Positions 33,280 to 45,585 of a DNA stretch of 64,000 bases are shown here, piece by piece. The position numbers were made by a program, and so were the translations under genes. The notes beneath the pieces were generated by a model. It searched no databases and was not told the origin of the DNA. It saw only the letters and a program-made list of their open reading frames with translations. Numbering within the stretch: position 1 is the first letter of the stretch; the number at the start of each line of letters is the position of its first letter. Location: assembly GCA_030390025.1 (NCBI GenBank), contig CM059432.1, positions 71,612,001 to 71,676,000 on the forward strand. Reading direction: 5' to 3'. The stretch is from Squalus acanthias (lineage: Eukaryota).

Positions 33280-34185
33280 AACAACAACAACAACAACTTG
33301 TATTTATATAGTGCCTTTAACGTAGTAAAACGTCCCAAGGCGCTGCACAGGAGTATTTTAAGACAAAAAATTTGACACCGATCCACATAAGGATAAATTA
33401 GGGCAGGTGACCAAAAGCTTGGTCAAAGAGGTAGGTTTTAAGGAGCGTCTTAAAGGAGGAAAGAGAGGTAGCAAGGTGAACAGGTTTAGGCAGGGAATTC
33501 CAGAGCTTAGGGCCTAGGCAACAGAAGGCACGGCCACCAATGGTTGAGCGATTATAATCAGGGATGTTCAAGAGGGCAGAATTAGAGGAGCGCAGATATC
33601 TCGGGGGGGTTGTGGGGCTGAAGGAGATTACAGAGATAGGGAGGGGCGAGGCCATGGAGGGGTTTGAAAACAAGGATGAGAATTTTGAAATCGAGGCGCT
33701 GCTTAACCGGGAGCCAAAGTAGGTCAGCAAGCACAGGGGTGATGGGTGAACGGGACTTGGTGCGAGTTAGGAATTTTGGATGACCTCAAGTTTACATAGG
33801 GTGGAATGTGGGAGGCCAGCCAGGAGTGCGTTGGAATAATCAAGTCTAGAGGTAACAAAGGTATAGATGAGAGTTTCAGCAGCAGATGAGCTGAGGCAAT
33901 GGCGGAGACAGGTGATGTTACTGAAGTGGAAGTAGGCGGTCTTTGTTATGCTGTGGATATGTGGTCGGAAGCTCATTTCAGGGTCAAATATGACACCAAG
34001 GTTGCGAACAGTGTGGTTCAGCCTCAGACAGATGTTAGGGAGAGGGATGGAATCAGTGGCTAGGGAAGGGAGTTTGTGGTGGGGACTGAAAATAATGGCT
34101 TCGGTCTTCCCAATATTTAATTGGAGAAAATTTTTGCTCATCCAGGACTGTATATTGGACAAGCAGTCTGACAATTTAGAGAAGA
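33280..34185 (-). mobile_element. L2 LINE 3' part, nested in an older plus-strand L2 (~33170-34420)
   Basis: WMSKNFLQLNIGKTE..RNLGVIFD..SRLDYSNALLAGLP; FKTLLKTYLFDQAF; (GTT)n tail. Confidence 0.9.
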
Positions 34186-34539
34186 GGTAAAGACAGGCAT
34201 CCTGTTCAATGCCCACCTAAAACTCTCCACCATAGCACCTGACCCCTCTCCCTCTCTCTGATAGCTCTATCCGACTAAGCCCAATAGTGTGCAACCTCAG
34301 TGCCCTGTTTTAGTCTGAATTGATCTTCAACCCCCCTCATCCTTACTAACACCAAGACTGCCTATTTCCACATCCATAGTTTTTAACCATTGCCACTGAT
34401 GCTCTGCTTGCTGCCCTCCACAAATTCTGGCCGAAAGCCTGAAACTGATGAGTGCTTTCTAAGTTTTCTTAACAAAACAACAGTTAAACTCTGTGCTTTA
34501 TTTACTTAACAACAATTAGACTTTGTGGACTTAAAAAAG

Positions 34540-35685
34540 ACTGAATTTGCATGTATGTGTCACCTTGTCACATCCCCAGGATATCCCAAAGTGCTTAACA
34601 GCCAATTAATTAGTTTGGAATCCAGTCATTGTTGTTATGTAGGCAAATGCAGCAGTCACTAGTGCACAACAAGGTCCCACAAGCAACAAATGAGATGAAT
34701 GACTGCTTTATCTGGCTATGCATGGTGTTGGTTGAGGGAGAAATATTGGGCAAGACAAAGGGAAACTCTCTGCTCTTTAAATAGTACCATTGGGATATTT
34801 TATGTCCACCTGAACAAGCAGAGGTGGCCTCAGATTAACATCTCATCAAAAGGACTATCAGCAGTAATTTCCCTGGGGGCTCCCTAATGTCCCGTCGTAA
34901 CTTCAGTGGAAGATTGAGGAACCTCCCGCCCCCACCCCCCCCACCACGGAAATTCTACCCAACATCTCAAACAATACAACACTTTCTCAGCACTAAACTA
35001 GCTGACATTATGAAACTGAAAACCTGCAGCCCTTCCAGTGCATTCCCACATTAACTTTAGCAGGAGTGCGCCAGAGGGTCGTCAATTAGGCTGGGGCATC
35101 CATACACTGGGTCTCGGCTTTGTCCAGGGTTTTCAGCTGGCCTTGTGGGGACAGAAATTCCACCCAACCTAAAAAAACAGCGTTGATGTAGGAGCGGTGA
35201 GGACTTCCCATGCTAACACTCCTCATGAGCCCAGCCTTGCAGGGATCCAGCAGATCAGTAGTACAAGGCCACCAAATGGTGGATGGAGGCCCCACCTGGG
35301 CTTCAGACCTAGATCATGGCCTGCAGCCCTGGAAAAAAAGTGTCACTGCTAAAGAAAAAAATACATGCAGTCCTCTTATAACGAGGGCTGATGGGAGCAC
35401 TTTAACTTCCCTTCCAGAAGGAGAAACCAGCAGCAGACAATTTTCTGGGTGCTGGAAGAAGACAGGGGGCACCCTAGCAGAAAAGGCACCTGCCATTTAA
35501 ATTAAGAGGCAGCCTTCTGACCTCACAAACTTTGGTGGAGGTCCTGGGCAGGAGCACCCCTCACATATGCCGGGTTGCATTCACCATGGATTTTCAGCCC
35601 CTATGTGCTGAATTCTTACAGTAGGACTTGAACCACAGCCTTTTAACTTAGAAGCAAGAGTGCTACCAACTGAGCCAAGCTGGCA
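34540..35685 (-). mobile_element. tRNA-headed Deu-domain-like SINE interrupted by MITE-like inserts
   Basis: Head on - at ~35684-35620 (tggctcagttggtagcactcttg..ggttcaagtcc, A/B boxes); body 34540-34860 matches the reverse complement of 47510-47725. Confidence 0.6.
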
Positions 35686-35809
35686 TATCTGCCAGCACAA
35701 TCTAAACAGAATAATGCACTCTGCATTACATGGCAGAACAATCCTGACCTTATAAAACAACATATCATTTATTTTACTTTGACCAATTCTATGGAAGAAT
35801 AGGATTGCC

Positions 35810-35955
35810 TATTTTTTGTTAGGGAAGGGTATTAAGGGTTACAGAACCAAGGCGGGTTGATGGAGTTAATCAACCATGATCTAATTGAATGGCGGAACAG
35901 GCTCGAGGGGCTGAATGGCCTACTGTTGTTTGTATGTTCCTTCGTATGTTCCTAA
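35810..35955 (+). mobile_element. CR1 3' UTR fragment
   Basis: ccatgatctaattgaatggcggaacaggctcgaggggctgaatggcctact. Confidence 0.75.
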
Positions 35956-37434
35956 GATCTATTAAAATATATAAATTAGTACAGATTTATTAAAATGTCA
36001 ATGTGAATTCATCTTTTTTTCTCATTCTCTAAGGAATACAAATAGTGTGTTCTTATTAACCTTTTGAATTCAGCAAGTCTTTGGCTGTGCTGCACATTAT
36101 TTTGTTGTTTCCATCTGTTACCTATAAAAGTCATCAAATGTTTGGCTAAGTGATTGATTGAACAAGCTCTTTTGCATAAAATGGTAATCAATGAGAAATA
36201 GCAAGAACGTTCTGCACAGTATATATGATTTCAGAAATCAAACAGAATGGGGGCTAAATTGGATAGCCCCGAAAACGGGCGCAGGGATCGCGATGCACAA
36301 TTATCCAGCACCCATTCAGTGCAATGCAGCCAGCATGCCAACTTCTTGCAGCCTGCTCATTGTAATGATTTCTGCATGCAAACCAGCAATAACCGCGCTG
36401 TTCATTGGGTGCACACATCAGCAGGGGACCCAATATCGTTACTTGCTAGCACAATTTAAAGCTAGTCTGCACCTCTTAAAGGGAAGGTGCATTGTGGCTG
36501 CTGGAGGTGCTGATATCATTGGGAATAGTGCTGTGCAAGATTCAACAATGGCTGACCATGGAAGAGAGCGTGCACCAAGATTTTCGGATGCTGCATAGGA
36601 GGCCTTGGTGGAGAAGAAGGAGAGATGTCCTGTATCCACTGGGTGAAGGAGGCCCTCCAGACACACTATGAGAAGGCAGTGGGAACAGATAGCTGCGGAG
36701 GACAATGCCAGGAATTTAGCCCCAAGGACCGGGATGCAGTGCCGCAAGTAGTTTAATGACCTCATACAAGTGGTCAAGGTCAGTGAATGCATCTTCAAAT
36801 GGCATATCCTACCAATTGCCTCAGCCACTGCTCAATTCACCAGACCCTCATCACTTACCTACCACCAATCTCTATCAATCAGAACTCATACCTAAGATTC
36901 ATATGCTTCACCTCACCCTCACACATTGAGCACTGTTGCAAACCTCACACCAACATCTCACACCTTGTACATACTACCACCTATTCAACCATGACAGCCA
37001 CATCATCCAAGCATATTGCGCGACACTCACTGACACACTTCCCTCTCTCTTGCAGGAGTAGGTTCCGCACCACCTGAGGCAGCAGGAACTAACCAGAGTG
37101 GGAGGGGTACACCTGCATGTTCTGACCCCCATGGAGGCAGATGGTGCTGGCAATTATGGGAAGGGCCATTGCTGAGGCCGTGGCCACTGGCAGGGCTGAA
37201 TCCATTAAAGATGACAGTACCCTCATACCTAATCCTCCTTCTCATATCCCCCTCATCCCACAATCTCTTCTGACTTACAAGCTGCAGATGGTGTAACCAT
37301 GCACTTCTTACTTTCCCCTTTCCCCTCACCACAACCTTACCCTTGTCCCTTTTTTCTTTCAGATATCCAAGAACTGGAATCTGCCCAGGCAGTGGAGGAA
37401 GACCAAGAAGACAGTGATGATGAAGACATCATCA

Positions 37435-39505
37435 CTATTCAAGAAAGGAGGGAGAGAGAAAACAGGGAACTACAGGCCAGTTAGCCTGACATCAGTCATC
37501 GGGAAAATGCTGGAATCCATTATTAAGGAAGTGATAACGGGCCACTTAGAAAATCATAATATGATTAGACAGAGTCAACATGGTTTTATGAAAGGGAAAT
37601 TGTGTTTAGCAAATTTATTAGAGCTTTTGAGGATGTAACTAGCAGGGTAGATAAAGGGGAACCAGTGGATGTACTATATTTGGATTTCCAAAAGGCATTC
37701 GATAAGGTGCCACATAAAAGGTTCTATGCAAGATAAAGGCTTGGGGGTAATATATCATCATGGATAGAGAATTGGTTAACGGACAGAAAATAGAGAGTAA
37801 AGATTAACGGGTCATTTTCTGGTTGGCAGGCTGTAACTAGTGGGGTGCCGCAAGGATCAGTGCTTGGTCCTCAGCTATTTACAATCTATATTGGCCTGTA
37901 TTTTCCGATGCCTACGGGTGTGTATGAGGTGTGTACACACCCGTAGGGACATCGGAAATGCCGGTTTCAGACATGTGAAGCACATGCGCTGAAAACTGGC
38001 ATTTCTGATCTGTCAAGAATCCTCTTGACAGATCGGATGCCTGCCCTAGAGAAGGGCCACTGTGGGTGGAGAGTTTCGCTTTTTGCAGAACATGCGCCCG
38101 CTGAAATCACTTAAAAATCTTACGCCTGGTAAAAGCAGGCCTAGGCCTGCTTTTAACTGCATAAGAGTTTAAAAAAGTAAAAAAAAATGTTTTTCACTCA
38201 TTTATAATTTAAAAATACTTTAAAAAAAGCTAAGTTTATTTTTAGCCCCGTGTCTTTTTTCAGTGATCCCCATTCATACTTTTGGCAGGTCTATCTGTCA
38301 AAAGTATGAAGGGGGATTCCCTTTTTCATTAGCTCGCCCGGCCCACGTGATCCCAGGGATGCGTGCGAACTGCATGCGCCCCTGGGATACCTGGGCCCTG
38401 CGCATTTCGACTGTGGAGAGGCCCAGGATCGGAAGTGTCCAGACCTCGGGAGCCCTCAGGTAAGGGCGTAGATTTTTTCCCGATAGTAGGCATCAGCACG
38501 CAGGAAGCCTCCTATCGGAAATTACGGGCGATTAATGACTTAGATGAAGGGACCGAGTGCAATGTATCCAAGTTTGCTGACAATACAAAACTAGATGGGA
38601 AAGTGAACTCCGAGGAGGACACAAAGAGCCTGCAAAGGGATATAGACAGGTTCAGTGAGTGGGCAATACGGTGGCAGATGGAGTATAATGTGTGGAAATG
38701 TGAGGTTATTCACTTTGGTAGGAAGAATAGAAAAGCAGAATATTTTTTAAATAGTGAGAAACTATTAAATGTTGGTGTTCAGAGAGATTTAGGTGTCCGC
38801 TTACAGGAAACACAGAAAATTAGCATGCAGGTACAGCAAGCAATAAGGAAGGCAAATGGCATGTTGGTCTTTATTGCAAGGGGGTTGGAGTACAAGAGTA
38901 AGTAAGTCTTACTACAATTGTACAGGGCTTTGGTGAGACCACACCTGGAGTATTGTGCACAGTTTTAGTCTCCTTATCTGAGAAAGGACATACATGCCTT
39001 AGAGGCGGTGCAACAAAGGTTCACTAGATTGATTCCTGGGATGAAAGGGTTGTCCTTTGAGGAGAGACTGAGTAGATTGAGCCTATACTCTCTTGAGTTT
39101 AGAAGAATGAGAGGTGATCTCAAATGAAATATATAAGATTCTGAGGGGGATTGACAGGGTAGATGCTGAGGGGTTGTTTCCCCTGACTGGAGAGTCTAGA
39201 ACTAGGGGGCATAGTCTCAGGATAAGGGGTCGGCCTTTTAAGTCTGAGATGAGGAGGAATTTCTTCACTCAGAGCATTGCGAATCTTTGGAATTCTCTAC
39301 TCCAAAGGGTTGTAGATGCTAAGTCATTGAGTATATTCACGGCTGAGATAGATAGATTTTTGGACTCTAGGGGAATCAAGGGATATGGGGGTCGGGCGGG
39401 AAAGTGGAGTTGAGGTCGAAGATCAGCAATGATCTTATTGAATGGTGGAGCAGGCTCGAAGGGCCGTATGGCCTACTCCTGCTCCTAATTCTTATGTTCA
39501 TATGT
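37435..39505 (+). mobile_element. 5'-truncated CR1 LINE inside the Harbinger Myb gene
   Basis: FKKGGREKTGNYRPVSLTS, INDLDEG..FADN, 3' UTR with cttatgttcatatgt tail. Confidence 0.92.
37893..38530. mobile_element. Harbinger-type MITE family C inside the CR1 RT
   Basis: TIRs GGCCTGTATTTTCCGAT / ATCGGAAATTACGGGCG (14/17); TSD ATT; removing it restores acaatctatattaatgacttagat. Confidence 0.9.
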
Positions 39506-40649
39506 AAGACACACCGACACTTGATTTCACACTCGCAGCCACCAGCTCAGATACTGACACTGCATGTATCTTAGAGGATAGCATAGAAGCGGGATCTCCA
39601 TGTGGTGAGACACCGGGCACAAGTGTGCTGCAGCCAGGACATGAAGCAACGATAGCGCAGATGCCAGCTTGCAGAGGGTGAGGGCGAGTCCTCTGCAGCG
39701 AGTTCTGCTGCAGAGGACTCAGATGAGCCCTTCAATTGGCCAGGCTACAGAAGAAGGCTGATGGGTGCACACAACAAAATGCTTGGTGCATTGGGAAGTC
39801 TGCCAGAAAGCCTGTGTTCAATGACAGGGAGCATGAAGGAGTCCGGCACCAACTTGGCACAGGGCTTTGCGCAGAGCTTAGAGCCCATCCTTTTCAGCAT
39901 GGAAGTGGTGGCCAACCCCATCAACACACTTGTGGAACCAACCATGATGCAGCTTCTGATGGCCGATGTCTCAGGTTCCATTGCAGCACAAGCAGCTTCC
40001 ACAAAGTCTGAGTACTGCAGTGGAAGCTCATCTGCTGCCATCATGGCTGTGGATACCGGAGTTCAAAGGGGCTTCCAGCATGTCACAGCAGTCCAGCAAT
40101 CTGTCCTCCAACAGATAACTAGGATTGCTGAGGCGCCGCCCTGGGAGAATGGCAGTTGCTCCATGGAGCACGAACATGTTGTCCTCTCTCATGATTCCAC
40201 CCCTGCCGCTCCGCCAGTGCCCTTGCTGTTGCCTGTCAGCCAGCCAGCCCAGACTGCTGCAGCCCATGCTGAGATGGTGCAGTCTGAAACCTGGCCTTCT
40301 AAGCCCAGAGGTGCTTGATATCATCCTCCAATGTCATCTGCAGTCTTCTCCACTAAAAGTCAGCAGCCTTCCTCCAGCCATGCTACAGCAATTGGGGTAG
40401 CACTTTGTCGGAGCACTAGAACAGCAAAGGCACATGGAACACAGGCACTAAAGGAATGCACAAGGGTGATTAGTTTACATTTGTATGCAATATGGCATGA
40501 TTTAATTTATAAATTTGGTTTGGAATGCGTATTTTGTGTTGGCTTTTTTTTAGCATTGTGGCCAAGAGGACGATGTGATGGTCAGTGACAGAGGGAAGAT
40601 AAGGAGTGTGGGACTGTTGGTGAATGGGGAATTCGGGTTGAGGTTACTG

Positions 40650-41950
40650 GCGTCACACTTGAATTAGTTCTTCACGTACAGCCTGGGCAGAAATGGGCTG
40701 TCTACGTTGCAGTCTCCCTTCCTCTTCCTCCTCTACCACCTCATGCTCTTCCTTGTCCTCCTCTTCCTACTCTCCTTGTGCTCCTGCTCCTCAGCTTCTC
40801 ACCTGATAGGTGGTGGTAAGGGCTGTTGCTTCATGATGGCCAGGTTGTACAGCGTACAGCAAACCATCACAAATTTTGAGATCTGCTCAGCAGAATACTG
40901 CAAGGCTCTTCCAGAGCAATCCAGGCACTGGAATCGTTGCTTCAGCACGCCAATGGACTGCTCTATCACATTTCCTGTGGCAGCCTGTCTCTCACTGTAT
41001 GCATGCTGCGCACGTGTGCATTGGTTGTGAACTGGCGTCATGAGCCATGTCGTCAGCGGATAGGCCTTGTCGCTCAGTAACCACCCTATGGTCTACCGCG
41101 GTGGCTGAATTACAGCTGGCACAGAGGACTGCTGCAGAATGTACGTATCATGACCAATGTTCCTGGTAATCTGCCACGCAGTGGTCTGGAGGTCCCATGC
41201 AGGCCACTCACCGGCTTTACAATGGTAATAACTGCACCTGCACGGAAAATTAAATGGGCCACACAGCCAGTTAAAGGACCCGCGCACCCAAAAATAAATT
41301 ACAGGGACCATTGATCATGACTGTTGCCAGGATACCGGGCATTGATCTGCATGATGTGCTGCCTATGGTCATACACCTGCTGCTCGCCAAGGGAGTGGAA
41401 TCCCTTTCGGTTCAGGTACATGGCAGAGTTGACATGCGGCGCACGCAAAGCAATGTGTGTGCAGTCAATGATACCCTGCACCATGGGGATGCCTGCAATC
41501 CATGCAAACCCTCGTGCTTGCTCCGCCTGCTTCTCTCTGGCAAGAGGGAATTAAATAAAGTTATCTCTCTTTGAATAGAGAGCCTCAGTGACCTCCCTTA
41601 TGCAGCAGTGCATTGCAAACTGCAAGATGTTGCTAATATCTCCAGCACCTGCTTGGAAGAAGCCAGGCATATAAAAGTTCATTGCCACAGTCACCTTCAC
41701 AGCCATTGGCAATGCGATCCTTGCCCTGCTCTGAGGTTAGAGTTGTGTCTGCAGCAGTTGGCAGATTTCAGTGACGACCTCCTTAGTGAAGCGCAGACAT
41801 CTCAAACATTGGTCCTCGCTGAGGTTCAGGTAGGAGAATTGCTCCCTGAACACCCTGTGTGGATATGGCCTCCTGCTGAGAGCCCTTCTCCCCCTCCTCC
41901 TTGAAGTCAGCAAAAAGTACTCCAGCACCTGTCACACCACTTCCTGTAGA
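40650..41950 (-). pseudogene. Harbinger DDE transposase (HARBI1-like)
   Basis: RPYPHRVFRE..LSEDQCLRCLRF, GIIDCTHI, NRKGFHSL, YPGNSHD, LLSDKAYP, VIEQSIGVLKQRFQCLD. Confidence 0.9.
41155..41313. mobile_element. hAT-type MITE (159 bp)
   Basis: 8-bp TSD ATCATGAC at 41147-41154 and 41314-41321; TIRs CAATGTTCCTGGTAAT / ATTACAGGGACCATTG. Confidence 0.88.
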
Positions 41951-43492
41951 CTTTTGAGACTTCAAACCACAATGAAAAGCACCAAAAACGTGTAGAATTG
42001 CAGCAACAGCCAGAAGAAATAAACCAGCAACTAATCTGTAAGTAGTTGATGATCCCTTTAAATAGCACTGGTGGGGGGTCCTTCCTGCTGCTTAACCCGT
42101 ATTCAGCTGTGCGAGGTTAAGAGAGGGTGTCGGCTGGAGCTCCAAAATGGCAGCACTGGTGTCAAATCAGCTGATTGACGTCATGATCTGCCTGCTCTGC
42201 ATACTTCCGGCGGATGTTAGGTGCGCATGTGCTAACCCCTTCACCAAGGTGGTGTCCGGCACGTTTCACGTCAGAACTGTAAGCGTGTGCCATGGACGCC
42301 ATTTTGGAACCTTAAGGGGACTCGTAGCACCCAAAAAACGGGTGCTACCGAGTCCAATTTCGTCCCCAATATATCTTTGGAACATTTTATTTTTCAAAAA
42401 AGTGATTTACTGTTCATCATTTTTATGATGGTTTGAGAATATTACTTTAGGAATGATATTTTATATATATATATATTGAAATACAGTAATTATTTTGTCA
42501 AAGTAAGGTATAAGCTGGTATATTATAGAACAAATAAAATCTCTTGCAATGTAATGCATTTGAAATCACCCTATGAATCTGTTAACACATTTTCTTATAC
42601 ATAGTTTGGCAATAAGGAATCTCAGAAAGCTTTCCAGAGGACATCAATATATTGTTGAGGGTTCACAGAAGAGTAGCAAAGAAAATTCTTGGAATTAAAA
42701 CAGCACTGAATTTGTTTAATAGGTCTGATCCAGGGTTTATAAAATGCTACAATTTACAGATTCTTTCTTTACAATTACAAGTTCTTTCTTTAATTGAAAA
42801 GAAAATCCACTCATACTTGGTTGTTGCAGACCATATTTGTGATATTAAAGAATGACTCATAACAGTACTGCATCCATCTTAATCCCCTGTTGATTGCAAA
42901 TCCTAGCTGCCCACAAGCTTCTCAATCAATAATCAAAAGAGAGGCTTTTAAATTGAAAACCATAGGTGAAGTGTCAAGGCCCCTCATATACAACAGAATC
43001 AAGTTTAAAAAAAAGTAGGGTGGAAGATGAGGTAAATCAAGTATTGATTAGGTGAAACCAAGCTTGAGTTTCAAAAGCATATGGATTATAGAGGAAAGCA
43101 AAGATGAAGGCAGGCAAGGAGTTCCACAGTTTTAAGGTCTTGGGCAGGCACAGAGGGGGGGATGAATAAGATTAGTCTTGCTTTCAACATAACGAAGAAG
43201 AATCTGTCGCACAATGTACTTGGAATTTTGGAGGAACATGAAAGTAAAGTTCAGAAGAGCAGTAACCATAGTGACATCTATAAAAAGACAAGTAAAGTTT
43301 GAATGGAAGAGATAGAGATTGGAGGCCAGAGGTTAAAGAATTGACTTTGAGATGACAGACTTTTTCTTGCATCGTGTCTAGAAAAATCCAACGTATGACA
43401 TTTTTTTGAAGTGCAATATGCCACATACCATGACCATTTGGATGGGCCTCAGGCTACAAAAAGCAGAAGTGAAAATGGTCTTGGAAGACAAA

Positions 43493-44202
43493 GGGTAAAA
43501 ATTCGGTGGCTTTGCGCCTCCCATTAGTGGCTGGAGGGGGCGCTAACGGGGCGCAAAACACCTAGCGCCCGGGCGTGGTGCCGCTAATGTCTCCCGCGAA
43601 ATTCAGCAGGAGGTTAGCGGTGCCAGTAGCCAGTAGCACCCCATGGTGCTGCACTTCCGGCGATGACCTCATCACCGTGCGCAGCGCCCCGCTCGCGCCC
43701 CGGCCGCAAACTTGGCCCGCGCCCCCTGACCGACCGCCGGACACTATATCCGACAGGGTCAGGGTGGCACTAATTAAAGGGCAGGTGCCGGGCGGCCATT
43801 TTTTTTTTGGGCTACCTGCCAGCACCTGCTCCCTGTGGCCTCCTCTTGCGGGATGCCGGCCACGATCGGTCAGCCCGGCACTCCTCTTGAGTACCGGGCT
43901 CTTTTGCTGGTATCCCGGTGGTCCAGCAGGGCCCCGGTACATGCTGCGCTAGGCCCCTCCCCTTTAATCAGGGGAGGGAGGCCTTTAATACCGCGGTGCT
44001 ATGTGCCGACGCGCATGGTGCTGCTGCAAGTAGCGCCGCGATAGTCAATGGGAGTGCCCCAAGAGGGAGGGGGAGTGCTTCCAGTAGCTTGGGGCGCTAC
44101 CATTCAATTTCGGGCGCAGGGGCGCTAACTTTTTTGGGGCGCTAAAAGTAGCGCCCCGGTGAAGTTATCGCTCCAAAAGGCACGCGAGCCAATTTTTCCC
44201 CC
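43493..44202 (+). mobile_element. Harbinger-type MITE family B, copy 1
   Basis: gggtaaaaattcgg ... aatttttccccc; TSD AAA or CAA; homologous to 53973-54701; one end shared with family A. Confidence 0.85.
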
Positions 44203-44438
44203 AAAGAGTTATTTCAACTTATCCCAGAAGGAAATACGTTGGCAGTGGCCAAGAAAATTTATGTTAATTTGTCACATGCACATTTCACCTGAAAAAACAT
44301 TGTGATGAACACTAGATCAAAGCCACTATGATCCAAACATCAACAGTTATGTAAAGAAGACTGTCGTGTATTATCAAAATTGATCCTGCCTTACTATTTA
44401 AAACAGTACGCAAAATGCAGTTATGTCAAGCAATCAAT

Positions 44439-45115
44439 GGCCCTGAAATTCGCCTCTCCGGCTTGCCGCGGGGGTAAGGATCACGCGCGCACTTACCTAC
44501 CGCGCCTGCCGTTGACCTCTGTGCCCACGGGAACTTCAGCTCCTGGGCCTGCTCCAAGTGCCGGCGCGCAGTGCTTGCGTATCCCAGGGGCGTAGTTAGT
44601 GCGATGCGTCCCCTGGGATCACGTGGGCCATGGAGAGCCAATGGCAGCAGAAGTAAAGGGCATTAAGGGTTACGGGGAGCGGGCAGGAATTTGGACATGA
44701 GTCTAGGTTCGGATCGGTCATGGCCCTGTGGGTAGTGGAGCGGGCCCAGGGACTGTGTAGCCTGATTCTGCTCCTATTTCGTGTGTGCAATTCTGTTAGA
44801 TGCAGGAGATGGTTCTGTGATAGATAGTAGATTGGCGGTTAGGATCAGATCAGCCATGATCTTATTGAATGGCGGAGCAGGCTCGAGGGGCCGATTGGCC
44901 TACTCCTGCTCCTATTTCTTATGTTCTTATGTAGACCATCTTTCATTCATAGATTTGACAGGAAGACCTGTCAAATCTATGAATTGAAATCGGCCCCAAA
45001 AGAACAGCTAAACTTAAAATAAATTTTTAAAAAACCATCACATTTATAAAATAACTATAAGTTAAATAAATTAAACTACTTTAAACAAAAATTTAAATTT
45101 TTGAAATACTTTTTA
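44439..45115. mobile_element. Family C-related MITE remnant with a CR1 3' UTR piece inside (~44838-44932)
   Basis: Starts ggccctgaaattcg; 44579-44630 is the reverse-complement homolog of 38341-38390; right end unresolved. Confidence 0.6.
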
Positions 45116-45202
45116 AGAGGGATTAGTTTTGGATCACTTTAGCAAAAAGCTGGTACAGGCACAATGGGCTTAATGGCATCCTTCTGTGCTGTTAAGTTCA
45201 TA

Positions 45203-45585
45203 GGGCTAGAAATTCGGTGCATTTGCACCTCTCGTTAGCGGGCACAAATGACTTTTCGCCCGGGTGCAGCGCCATTAACAACTCGCGTTAAATTCAACGA
45301 CGTCATCACCATGCGCTGCGCCCTGTTTTCACCCCGCATGCAAAATTGGCCCGTGCCCCCTGAATCTGCGCCGGGCGATGACAGCGATTCAGGGGGCGGG
45401 ATCGGAGCGGCAGGAGGCTCGCGGAGCGATAAGTAAAGGGGAGGTGGCGGGCGGGGAAAAAAAATCAGCCGACTTACTTGTCGCGGCCCGTTTCGTCTTT
45501 GAACGCGGGGTTCGTACTGCGATCTGGCTCCTCTTGAGTGCCGGGCTGCTGGTACGGCAAATGGTCGCTAACGAATTTTCCCCCC
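45203..45585 (+). mobile_element. Short Harbinger-type MITE inserted in a CR1-type 3' tail
   Basis: gggctagaaattcg ... cgaattttcccccc; TSD ATA/ATG; flanks cttctgtgctgttaagttc and tttctatgcttctat. Confidence 0.8.

Larger units (their letters stand above)
36548..40470 (+). pseudogene. Harbinger Myb/SANT-like DNA-binding gene, intron-containing, split by a CR1
   Basis: MADHGRERAPRFSDAA..QWEQIA..QCRK.FNDL; donor gtcagt 36779, acceptors ttgcag 37055 and tttcag 37362; C-terminal ORF 39761-40318. Confidence 0.8.
36249..42367. mobile_element. Full-length, decayed PIF/Harbinger transposon with two convergent genes
   Basis: TIRs GGGGGCTAAATTGGA / TCCAATTTCGTCCCC (13/15); TSD AAT at 36246-36248 and 42368-42370. 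Confidence 0.92.

Noticed and set aside
35620..35685. tRNA gene
   Set aside because: A/B boxes are present but there is no complete cloverleaf; better explained as a SINE head
40650..41950. Domesticated host HARBI1 gene
   Set aside because: Disrupted by frameshifts and a MITE, enclosed by TIRs and TSD, and paralogous remnants occur nearby
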